From Candidatus Shapirobacteria bacterium CG2_30_35_20 (lineage in GTDB: Bacteria > Patescibacteriota > Microgenomatia > UBA12405): DNA of 37,692 nucleotides. Below the pieces are notes generated by a model. It was not told the origin of the DNA and ran no database searches. It worked only from the letters and a program-made list of their open reading frames with translations. The stretch lies in contig MNZO01000020.1 of NCBI GenBank assembly GCA_001873665.1, positions 1 to 37,692 on the forward strand, read 5' to 3'. Numbering within the stretch: the stretch's first letter is position 1; each line of letters begins with the position of its first letter. The translations under genes and the position numbers were made by a program. Below are positions 19,282-27,523 of this stretch, piece after piece.

Positions 19282-20836
19282 TCGACTCAAAGCTGTCAAT
19301 CTGACAATCATCTTTGCCTTTACCATCGTCATGGCGCGACTTTTTTACTGGCAAATAATTATGGGTCCCACCATTCGGGCCGATAACATATCCCAAAATT
19401 CAAAACTACAAAAAATTCTCCCTAAAACTGGCAAGATTTTATCATCAGACAATTTTCCCTTAAGTCTTGGCGTAAAAGCCTATAAACTATCAATTTATAA
19501 ACCAAATTTAAAAATAAACTTAAATGAATTATTCAAAAAAATCGACAAAATAAAACCCAATACCATTCTCAACAACAACATTCAAATTAATAATCTCAAC
19601 AATCCTCAGATCAAATGGGTCACCCTCAATGGTACGTTTGACCAAATTCAAAAACAACAACTAACAATCCCTGGAATCGAATTTGAAGAAAGTAGTTTTC
19701 GCTATTACCCCGAAGGTAATTTGGCCAAAAACATCATCACCAATTTAGAATCGTTTTATCGTCGAATCCTATTTGGAAAAACTGGTTTTTCACTTTCATC
19801 TATTGATGGTACTGGTCAAACCATATTAACCAAACGAAACTGGCGTCAATCAGAAACCGACGGTCAAGATATTAAAACTAGTTTAAACCGCCAAGTACAG
19901 ATAATTTTGACCGACACTCTCACAAAAGGTCTTGAGATTTATCAGGCCAAAAGTGCTTCAGGCACAATTATTGACCCAAGTACAGGTCTCATAATTGCTA
20001 TGTCCTCAATCCAGTCTGACACCACCCCCAATAATAATATTGACAATATTAGTAATTTGTTTGAACCGGGATCTATATTCAAACCACTAGTTGTCGCTAT
20101 GGCTCTCGACAGTAAAAAAATTGATACCGATTTTATTTGTTCTGATTGTTCAAAACCTCGAGTTTTGGGCCAATACACCATTAATAATTGGGATAATACC
20201 TTTCACCCCAATTCAACCCTAAGTGACATTATTAAAAACTCAGATAATATTGGAATGAGCAATATTATTCAAAGACTAGATAAAGATAATTTTATAAAAT
20301 ACTTTCACGCCCTTAAACTCGACTCAAAAAGCGAAATCGACTTAATCGGCGAATCGATTTCTCCCCCCAAAAAATTCATAGCCGATATTGATTTGGCCAC
20401 CGCCTCTTTTGGTCAGGGACTAGCCGTCAATGAATTACAAATGGTTCAAGCCTTTAACACCCTGGCCAATCAGGGCAAATTAATCTCTGGCCATTTCAAC
20501 ACCCAAATATTACCCAGCCCTATAAATGTTTTTTCACCAGAAACCGTAATAAAAGTTATTGATATCCTAAAATATGCCGTAGAAAACAGCGCCATCAAAT
20601 CCCTAAAACCAAAAAATCTCGAAGTTTGTGCTAAAAGTGGTACTGCCCAAATCGCCATTGGAGGTCAATACAGTGACACCAACACTATTGGTTCATATGT
20701 TGGCTTTTCCCCCTGTACATCACCCAAATTTACCATGATTATCACTATTAACCAACCCCAAAAGGGGGAGTGGGGTTCATCCACCGCCGCCCCCCTCTGG
20801 TTTGAAATTGCCACAAAAATCTCCCCTTTGTTATAA
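19250..20836 (+). CDS. ftsI: class B penicillin-binding protein (FtsI-like transpeptidase)
   Basis: RLFYWQI, RYYP, EPGSIFK (SxxK), SDN and KSGT motifs; dcw position. Confidence 0.88.
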   Translation: MSKNTPSTNNNRLKAVNLTIIFAFTIVMARLFYWQIIMGPTIRADNISQNSKLQKILPKTGKILSSDNFPLSLGVKAYKLSIYKPNLKINLNELFKKIDKIKPNTILNNNIQINNLNNPQIKWVTLNGTFDQIQKQQLTIPGIEFEESSFRYYPEGNLAKNIITNLESFYRRILFGKTGFSLSSIDGTGQTILTKRNWRQSETDGQDIKTSLNRQVQIILTDTLTKGLEIYQAKSASGTIIDPSTGLIIAMSSIQSDTTPNNNIDNISNLFEPGSIFKPLVVAMALDSKKIDTDFICSDCSKPRVLGQYTINNWDNTFHPNSTLSDIIKNSDNIGMSNIIQRLDKDNFIKYFHALKLDSKSEIDLIGESISPPKKFIADIDLATASFGQGLAVNELQMVQAFNTLANQGKLISGHFNTQILPSPINVFSPETVIKVIDILKYAVENSAIKSLKPKNLEVCAKSGTAQIAIGGQYSDTNTIGSYVGFSPCTSPKFTMIITINQPQKGEWGSSTAAPLWFEIATKISPLL

Positions 20837-20848
20837 TATGTAACCAAA

Positions 20849-22117
20849 ATGTATAAAAAAATATATAAGATTTGTTTTCAAAAAATTAAAAATATATTCT
20901 GGCACCTTCCCAAAAGTATTTTTTACAATATCTATTTCGGTTTCCCTCATCGTAATCTTACCTTAATTGGTGTTACAGGAACCGACGGCAAAACCACCTC
21001 TGTCAACCTAATTCACCAAGCATTACTTAATGCCAATATAAAATCAGGTCTAATTTCTACCCTCGGTGCCAAAATAGGTGACCAAAGCATCTCTATTGGC
21101 TTACACACCACCTCTCCCGATTCATCTATTGTTCAAAAAATATTTGCCCAAATGGTCACCGAGGGTATGACTCACGCCATTGTTGAAGTCACTGCTCATG
21201 CTATCGATCAATATCGTTATTTCGGTTGTAATTTTGCCATTTGCGGTATAACTAACACCTCCCACGAACATCTCGATGATTTTTTAAATATGTCATCATA
21301 TATCAACACCAAAGCAAAACTTTTTTCCAATTCCAATATTGCCATATTAAACAAAGACGATTCCTCATTTTCTCAAATTATTGTCCCACCCACCACTAAA
21401 ATCTTTTCCTACAGCATTGACAAAAAATCCGATTATCAAGCCAAAAACATTAATTTAAATAACAAATTTCTTGAGTTTACCGTCAACAAAACGACATACA
21501 AAACTAATAGTAACTACCGCTACCAAATTTATAATATTCTCTTAGTCCATTCAATTTTAAATCAACTTAAAATCGACCCAAATTTATTGCCCAAATTAAT
21601 ACTAAATTTTCCTGAAATAAAAGGCCGTCGAGAAATTGTTAAAAACAATCTCCACATCCAATGTATTGTTGATTTTGCCCACACCCCCAACGCCTTATTC
21701 CAAACCCTATCATCTTTACACTCAACAACTAAAAACAAATTGATATGCATTTTTGGTGCCACTGGTGGTCGCGACCAGACCAAACGCCCACTTATGGGTA
21801 AAGTTGTTTCCCAAAATTGTGACATCGCTATTGTTACCGCCGATGATACTCGTAATGAAAATATCATCGAAATAAACAAACAAATCATTTCCGGTTTTGA
21901 TCAAAAACAAATTGACAACAAAAAATTTGCTTATTACAACATCCCCAATCGCCAAGATGCTTTCAACCTAGCCGTTAGTTTGGCGAAATCAGGCGATACA
22001 ATTATTGCCTGTGGTAAAGGTCATGAAACCTCAATTCTCCACGGTAAAACCGAATACCCCTGGTCAGAAAGTGATGCCTTTAAAACCGCTTTTAGAAATA
22101 AAGACCAAAATGTTTAA
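20849..22117 (+). CDS. murE: MurE-like UDP-MurNAc-peptide ligase, lacking most of the N-terminal domain
   Basis: GVTGTDGKTT, HTTSP, HEHLD, VDFAHTP, GGRD..KRP.MG and GKGHE. Confidence 0.88.
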   Translation: MYKKIYKICFQKIKNIFWHLPKSIFYNIYFGFPHRNLTLIGVTGTDGKTTSVNLIHQALLNANIKSGLISTLGAKIGDQSISIGLHTTSPDSSIVQKIFAQMVTEGMTHAIVEVTAHAIDQYRYFGCNFAICGITNTSHEHLDDFLNMSSYINTKAKLFSNSNIAILNKDDSSFSQIIVPPTTKIFSYSIDKKSDYQAKNINLNNKFLEFTVNKTTYKTNSNYRYQIYNILLVHSILNQLKIDPNLLPKLILNFPEIKGRREIVKNNLHIQCIVDFAHTPNALFQTLSSLHSTTKNKLICIFGATGGRDQTKRPLMGKVVSQNCDIAIVTADDTRNENIIEINKQIISGFDQKQIDNKKFAYYNIPNRQDAFNLAVSLAKSGDTIIACGKGHETSILHGKTEYPWSESDAFKTAFRNKDQNV

Positions 22118-22706
22118 CCAACAAACTCAAAACACTATTAAAGAAAACTATAATCACGGTCTTTTACCACAAAGAAATAATAAAGATTACTGGTACTCCG
22201 ACAGTTCTAGTCGTTCCAACTTATCCAAATTTAACTTATCCTCCGAAAATCGCCGAATTATCAGCAAAACTAACCATTATAAATATCAGGTAATCCCCTT
22301 ATCCCAATTTAAATATTCCCTCTTTATTCAAAAAACAATTTTTAAATGGATTAAAGAAATTGGGTGGAATTTCCCTATCTCCTCGGTCAAAACCATTTTT
22401 ACTAATCATATTTTTAATTACGTCTACGTTTGGCAAGATTTAGATGGTAACGTCGTGGCTTATTCTATTTGCTACTTTTCAAAAAATATTTCTCATATCG
22501 CCTATGTCTTTTACAATCCAAAATTATCTCATAATAATTTGCCAATCAGACTAACTCTACAAACTATTATTGATAGCCATGATAAAAATTTAAATTATTG
22601 TTATCTTGGTCGTTTTAATCCAAAAACAAAACTGGGTTATTATAAACGTGAGCTTCCAGGCTTTGAATATTATAAAAATAATAATTGGATAAAATACACT
22701 CTATGA
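22110..22706 (+). CDS. arginyl/leucyl-tRNA-protein transferase (ATE1/Bpt)-like GNAT-fold protein
   Basis: SRSNLSKFNLSSENRRII, YVFYNP and NYCYLG...GYYK resemble the Bpt/ATE R...F.PS.SQRR, Y.FYDP and Y.YLG...M.YK motifs; ATG 22110. Confidence 0.65.
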   Translation: MFNQQTQNTIKENYNHGLLPQRNNKDYWYSDSSSRSNLSKFNLSSENRRIISKTNHYKYQVIPLSQFKYSLFIQKTIFKWIKEIGWNFPISSVKTIFTNHIFNYVYVWQDLDGNVVAYSICYFSKNISHIAYVFYNPKLSHNNLPIRLTLQTIIDSHDKNLNYCYLGRFNPKTKLGYYKRELPGFEYYKNNNWIKYTL

Positions 22707-23980
22707 ATATACATATTTTAGGTATTTGTGGCAAAATGACCGCCCCTCTCGCCATTGCTCTAAAAAAACAAGGTCATTTTATTTCAGGTTCTGATCAAGA
22801 CAAAATTTACCCTCCATTTTCTACCACTTTATCCCAGGCTAAAATACCAGTCAACAAACTTCACCCAAAACCAAATTTATATATCATTGGCTCAGCTTTT
22901 AAAAATCAAAACAAATTGAACACCGAATTTGAATCAATTAAAAAGTCAAATATTCCCTATATTTCCGCCACCAAATATATTGCCAAACATTTAATTAAAC
23001 CAAACAGTATTTTAGTTGCCGGTAGTTATGGCAAAAGTTCAATTTCTGCTATGTTGGCCTTTATTTTAAAAGATTCCAAACATAATCCCTCGTATTTATT
23101 TGCTGCCGAATCTTTAAACAAATTTCCCTCACTTTCTTTTACCGACAGTGATTGGTCAATTTGTGAAGCCGATGAATCCATCAATGGATTAGATACTCAA
23201 GCCAAATTTTTATATTACCCGATCAAATATTTAATTTTGACCAGTGCTCAATGGGAACACAAAGAATCATATAAAACCGAGCTGGACAATTTTAACGCCT
23301 TTAAAAAACTGATTATCAATATCCCCAAAGACGGATTACTCATCTACAATCAGCTCGATACATCAATCAACCCACTATTAAAATTTACCAAATGTCAGGC
23401 AATTCCTTATACTATAAATAAAATTAATCATCCCTTCCTGTTTGGGGCAGCCTTTACTAATAACTTTGCCGCCGTTAAAATTTTATGTGATTATCTTAAA
23501 ATATCAACAAAAAAAATATTAGAATACAAAGGGTTAAAAAATAGATTAGAAATAGTTGCTAATAAAAAAAATATTATTTTTATCGATGATTTTGCTCAAT
23601 CTGCTCCACGTATTCAAGCCTCAATTTCTGCAATAAAAAACAAATATCCAAAACGACCAGTAAAAGTAATTCTCGAACCACACGCTAGTTTTTTACAATA
23701 TAAAAGCTCTATAACAGAGTTATTTGAACCATTAATTAATGTTTCACAAATATTCTTAACAAAAATTTCCTTTTCTAAAAACAAAGACAAAACCACTCGT
23801 ATTAGTTTTGCTGACTATAAAACCATTTTTGGTGATAAGATTAATTATCTGCCCATTAATTCTGACCTCATTACTACCGTAATTTCATCACTTAAACCCA
23901 ACGACATTTTAATTCGCTTTTCTTCTGGTGGTTTAGATGGCCAAAAATCTTTTCATAAAATCATTAATTTCAAAACATAA
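22703..23980 (+). CDS. mpl: divergent Mpl/MurC-family ligase, closest in motifs to murein peptide ligase Mpl
   Basis: MNIHILGICG...SGSD..IYPPFST, VAGSYGKSS, EADE, DDFA, LEPH and SSGG; ATGA overlap at 22703. Confidence 0.7.
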   Translation: MNIHILGICGKMTAPLAIALKKQGHFISGSDQDKIYPPFSTTLSQAKIPVNKLHPKPNLYIIGSAFKNQNKLNTEFESIKKSNIPYISATKYIAKHLIKPNSILVAGSYGKSSISAMLAFILKDSKHNPSYLFAAESLNKFPSLSFTDSDWSICEADESINGLDTQAKFLYYPIKYLILTSAQWEHKESYKTELDNFNAFKKLIINIPKDGLLIYNQLDTSINPLLKFTKCQAIPYTINKINHPFLFGAAFTNNFAAVKILCDYLKISTKKILEYKGLKNRLEIVANKKNIIFIDDFAQSAPRIQASISAIKNKYPKRPVKVILEPHASFLQYKSSITELFEPLINVSQIFLTKISFSKNKDKTTRISFADYKTIFGDKINYLPINSDLITTVISSLKPNDILIRFSSGGLDGQKSFHKIINFKT

Positions 23981-23982
23981 TT

Positions 23983-25017
23983 ATGATCCATCTATATTTA
24001 GGATTATTGTTATTTTCTTTTATAGTCACCAGTATTTTAGTTGTACCTTTTATTAACCTACTTTATCGATTAAAATTTCAACGTCAGAGTCAAAAAACAC
24101 TTGATGTTCAAAACAATCATACTCCTATATTTGACAAATTTCACAACCCCAAGGCCGGTACCCCTGTCGGTGGGGGACTATTAATCATAATTTCAGTTTC
24201 TCTTCTTTTTGCTAGTTTACTACCCATATTACAATTTTCCAAAATTTTTATCTCCAGTAACTATAAATTAAATCTAGAACTGGAGGTAATCTTTTTTACC
24301 TTTATTAGTTTTGGCCTACTCGGTCTTTATGATGATATTCTCAAATTTTTTAATTTTCAAAAAAGTGGATTTTTTGGATTAAGATTAAAACATAAGTTAA
24401 TTCTCCAATTACTTGCCTCTGGATTTATATCTTTATTAATTTATTTTCGACTTGGTACTGATTTCATCTATATTCCATTTCTGGGAGCCGTTAAATTAGG
24501 GATTTTATTTGTGCCTATTTCCACTTTAATCATCGCCACCTTTGCCAATTTTTTTAATATTACCGATGGTCTTGATGGTCTATCTTGCGGAATTTTAGTA
24601 ATATCTCTTTTTGCTTTTTGGATTTTAGCTGGCTCGTCTCTTGACACCCCCGTTTCCCTATTTATTTCCCTTTGGATTGGGGCATTAATTGCCTTTTTAT
24701 ATTTTAACGTCTATCCAGCTCGTTTATGGCTAGGCGACGTTGGTTCGATGTCATTTGGTGCCACCATTGCCGTCATCGCCGTCTTGTTGGGTAAAATTAT
24801 TCCACTATTCGTTGTTGGTCTACCATTCATCGTTGAAGGAGTTAGCAGTGGTTTACAAATATTATCAAAAATTTATTTTAAAAAGAAACTTTTTCCCGCC
24901 GCCCCCATCCACCTCACCTTACAAAAAGCTGGTTGGGAGGAACCAAAAATTGTTTTTAGAGCTTGGCTAGCCACTATGATATTAGCTATTTTTGCACTAT
25001 GGTTAGGAATAAACTAA
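23983..25017 (+). CDS. mraY: phospho-N-acetylmuramoyl-pentapeptide transferase
   Basis: KAGTPVGGG, GLYDD, NITDGLDGL, FNVYPA..LGDVGS and APIH. Confidence 0.95.
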   Translation: MIHLYLGLLLFSFIVTSILVVPFINLLYRLKFQRQSQKTLDVQNNHTPIFDKFHNPKAGTPVGGGLLIIISVSLLFASLLPILQFSKIFISSNYKLNLELEVIFFTFISFGLLGLYDDILKFFNFQKSGFFGLRLKHKLILQLLASGFISLLIYFRLGTDFIYIPFLGAVKLGILFVPISTLIIATFANFFNITDGLDGLSCGILVISLFAFWILAGSSLDTPVSLFISLWIGALIAFLYFNVYPARLWLGDVGSMSFGATIAVIAVLLGKIIPLFVVGLPFIVEGVSSGLQILSKIYFKKKLFPAAPIHLTLQKAGWEEPKIVFRAWLATMILAIFALWLGIN

Positions 25018-25520
25018 ACGAATATTTAGGTATTCCCTATTTTTCCAATGTTGGCAAACATAAAGTAATGTCTCGAAATAATGCCCTAGTTGGAAAGGGA
25101 ACCGCCAAAGAAATTGCTCTCCAAACTATCGAGTTTGCCAATCAACAAAATATTAAATTATTAGACCTAACTCCAACCCAAATTTATAATTTTCAAAAGA
25201 AAAACCATTTAGGAATAGATTGTTCCGGTTTGGTTTGCCACCTATTAGGTTTAAAAGTTGACGTCCGTAAAATATCTGCCAACATGCTTACATCTCTCCC
25301 AATTTCCAAACAAATTAAAACTTTAAAATCAAATGATCTAATTCGCCAAAAAAACGGCCACCATGTTTTATTAGTTTTGTCGGTCGACAAAGATTTAGTT
25401 ACATATGTTCACTCATCACTGTCAAAACATGGTGTCATTATTGAAACAAAAAATATCAAAGACATCCCCAATGACAGTTTCTGGCGAGTTACTTCTCTTC
25501 CACCAAAATCTGGTACTTAA
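24999..25520 (+). CDS. NlpC/P60-like cysteine peptidase with no signal peptide
   Basis: YLGIPY, GIDCSGLV, HHV and YVHSS catalytic pattern; ATG 24999 overlaps the mraY end. Confidence 0.72.
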   Translation: MVRNKLNEYLGIPYFSNVGKHKVMSRNNALVGKGTAKEIALQTIEFANQQNIKLLDLTPTQIYNFQKKNHLGIDCSGLVCHLLGLKVDVRKISANMLTSLPISKQIKTLKSNDLIRQKNGHHVLLVLSVDKDLVTYVHSSLSKHGVIIETKNIKDIPNDSFWRVTSLPPKSGT

Positions 25521-25656
25521 GGGGGGATAGCGATAGCACTTCCACCTCAGTCCCACATTCTTGACATTCAAGAATATCACCCACAGCTGAGGTATTTTCA
25601 CCTTTAATTTCTGTCCCACAATCAGGACACATGATTTTTTGGTCTGTTTGCTTCAT
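25489..25656 (-). CDS. LysW/ArgW-like zinc-ribbon carrier protein with atypical C-terminus (EEK)
   Basis: CPDCG...VGDILECQECGTEVEVLSLSPL; lacks the EDWGE tail; TATAAT on the minus strand at 25666-25671. Confidence 0.7.
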   Translation of the reverse strand: MKQTDQKIMCPDCGTEIKGENTSAVGDILECQECGTEVEVLSLSPLKYQILVEEK

Positions 25657-25670
25657 AATATATCTATTAT

Positions 25671-26471
25671 ATGACACCTTTAATCAAAATAGGAGACGTC
25701 TATTTAAAACGCGAAGACCAAAACCTCACTGGTAGCGCCAAAGATCGTAGTTTAGAATTACAAATCAAAAATTTAGTAAAAAATAATTATTTGTCTGCAG
25801 TTATATCATCCACTGGTAACGCTGCCATTTCTGCCCAATATTTCTGTCATAAACATGGTATTAACTTAACCGTTTTTGTTTCCCCTCATGCTGACAAATC
25901 AAAACTAAAATTAATTGCCAATTATATAATCAGCAATCGACCCATTTCCGATGCCTTTAAATATGCCAAAAAAAATAAATCATATTTACTTCGCCAATCC
26001 ACCGACCCAACTGCTCTCCGGGGATATAGTCAAATAACCACAGAAATTATTAAACAATGCCCCAATGTTTCATCAATTTTTGTCCCCGTTGGCAGTGGCA
26101 CTACCCTTCTGGGAATCGCTTCAAAATTACCAAACGTAATTCCTATATTTGGGGTACAGCCTGCCTCACATTGCCCCATAGCATCCGTTTTTGATCACGA
26201 TTTTATCCCCGAAAACACCACTATTACCGACGCTCTCAGCGTCAAACTTTTACCCCTAAAGAACAGAGTTATCAAATCTATTACCAATCATTCAGGTCAA
26301 GGAATTGTAGTTCAAAATAAACAAGTCCTACACTCGCAACAATTATTAAAATCAAACAACATTTTTACTTCATCCGAAGGCGCCTTGGCTTTGGCTGGAC
26401 TTAACAAAATAAAATCTCAAATAAATATTGGTAATTTTCCTGTCATTATTTTAACTGGCACCAAAAGATGA
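25671..26471 (+). CDS. fold-type II PLP-dependent enzyme (threonine synthase/dehydratase-like, minimal)
   Basis: LKREDQNLTGSAKDR, SSTGNAA, PVGSGTT, SEGALALAG and ILTG. Confidence 0.85.
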   Translation: MTPLIKIGDVYLKREDQNLTGSAKDRSLELQIKNLVKNNYLSAVISSTGNAAISAQYFCHKHGINLTVFVSPHADKSKLKLIANYIISNRPISDAFKYAKKNKSYLLRQSTDPTALRGYSQITTEIIKQCPNVSSIFVPVGSGTTLLGIASKLPNVIPIFGVQPASHCPIASVFDHDFIPENTTITDALSVKLLPLKNRVIKSITNHSGQGIVVQNKQVLHSQQLLKSNNIFTSSEGALALAGLNKIKSQINIGNFPVIILTGTKR

Positions 26472-27523
26472 ACACAGAACAACTAATTAATAGTTTACCT
26501 GTCGATTTTTTCTTTTTGGTTGTCGACCAAAATCTTGATATCAAATTGCCACAACTAAAAAACTTCTACTCAATTTATAACCCAAATTTATCACAAAAAA
26601 ATAGTGGTTATTTATTATCTCAACCATCAACCACAAATTTTATCAAAAAAACCACTAAAAAATCGGGGCATCAGGCCGCCATTGTCCCCTTTAAACCATC
26701 GGCTAAAATCGACTTAATTTGCAAACAAAATAATTGGCTGCGTATCAGCAATCCAGCCCCTTTAAACCGTCTTTTAGAAGACAAAATCAAATTTCCTAGC
26801 ATTATTAAAAATATTCCCCAATTACCTTTTACCATTGCCCCTTATACCAAGCAAAATGTCGATAAATTAATAAAAAAATATACCAACATAGTTGCCCAAA
26901 CTCATTTCGGCTGGGCTGGTAATAGCACCAAATTAATCACCAAGTACGACCCAACCATTATTCCTCCAAACTCCATATGTAAATTTACTCCCCATCTAAG
27001 GGGTTATTCGCTATTAAACAATTGTTGTTTAACCACAAACGGACTCATTCAAAGTCCTCCAGCCCTCCAATTTACCGGTCTACCCCAATACACCACCAAC
27101 CCTTTTGCCACTGTTGGTCGTCAATGGCCATCAATGGCACCTCAAAAAATTATTAATCAAGTTAAAAATATCACTACTGATTTTGCCAAAATATTAATAA
27201 AAATAAAATATAAAGGTTTTTTTGGACTTGATTTTTTTATCACTCAAAACAAGGTGTACTTACTCGAATGTAACCCTCGCCTAACTGCCTCTTTTGCTTT
27301 TTATACCAATATTGAAATAAAAGCTAAAATCACTCCGCTTTTTTATTATCACCTTTTAGAATTCACAAATCCTACCGTCCCCCCCAAAGAAAATCGCTTT
27401 AATAATAAACAAATTATTGGTTCAGAATTAACAAAACGTGATGAAAGTGGTGTCATTATTAAAAAAATCAATGACTATAAAATATTTTCAAACACTTATA
27501 ATAAAATAAAACTCAATGTCTAA
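26468..27523 (+). CDS. ATP-grasp domain ligase of unknown specificity
   Basis: LEDKIKF, GWAGNST, KGFFGLDF and LLECNPR; ATGA overlap with the PLP gene. Confidence 0.8.
   Translation: MNTEQLINSLPVDFFFLVVDQNLDIKLPQLKNFYSIYNPNLSQKNSGYLLSQPSTTNFIKKTTKKSGHQAAIVPFKPSAKIDLICKQNNWLRISNPAPLNRLLEDKIKFPSIIKNIPQLPFTIAPYTKQNVDKLIKKYTNIVAQTHFGWAGNSTKLITKYDPTIIPPNSICKFTPHLRGYSLLNNCCLTTNGLIQSPPALQFTGLPQYTTNPFATVGRQWPSMAPQKIINQVKNITTDFAKILIKIKYKGFFGLDFFITQNKVYLLECNPRLTASFAFYTNIEIKAKITPLFYYHLLEFTNPTVPPKENRFNNKQIIGSELTKRDESGVIIKKINDYKIFSNTYNKIKLNV

Noticed and set aside
22005..22109. Longer N-terminus for the ATE-like ORF (likewise the track starts at 24963, 22685 and 28549)
   Set aside because: These starts overlap the upstream genes more than needed; downstream ATGs near the upstream stops are more plausible.
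25489..27523. Canonical LysW-dependent lysine/arginine or threonine biosynthesis operon
   Set aside because: The carrier lacks EDWGE, the ATP-grasp does not look RimK/LysX-like, and no kinase, reductase, aminotransferase or homoserine genes are present.
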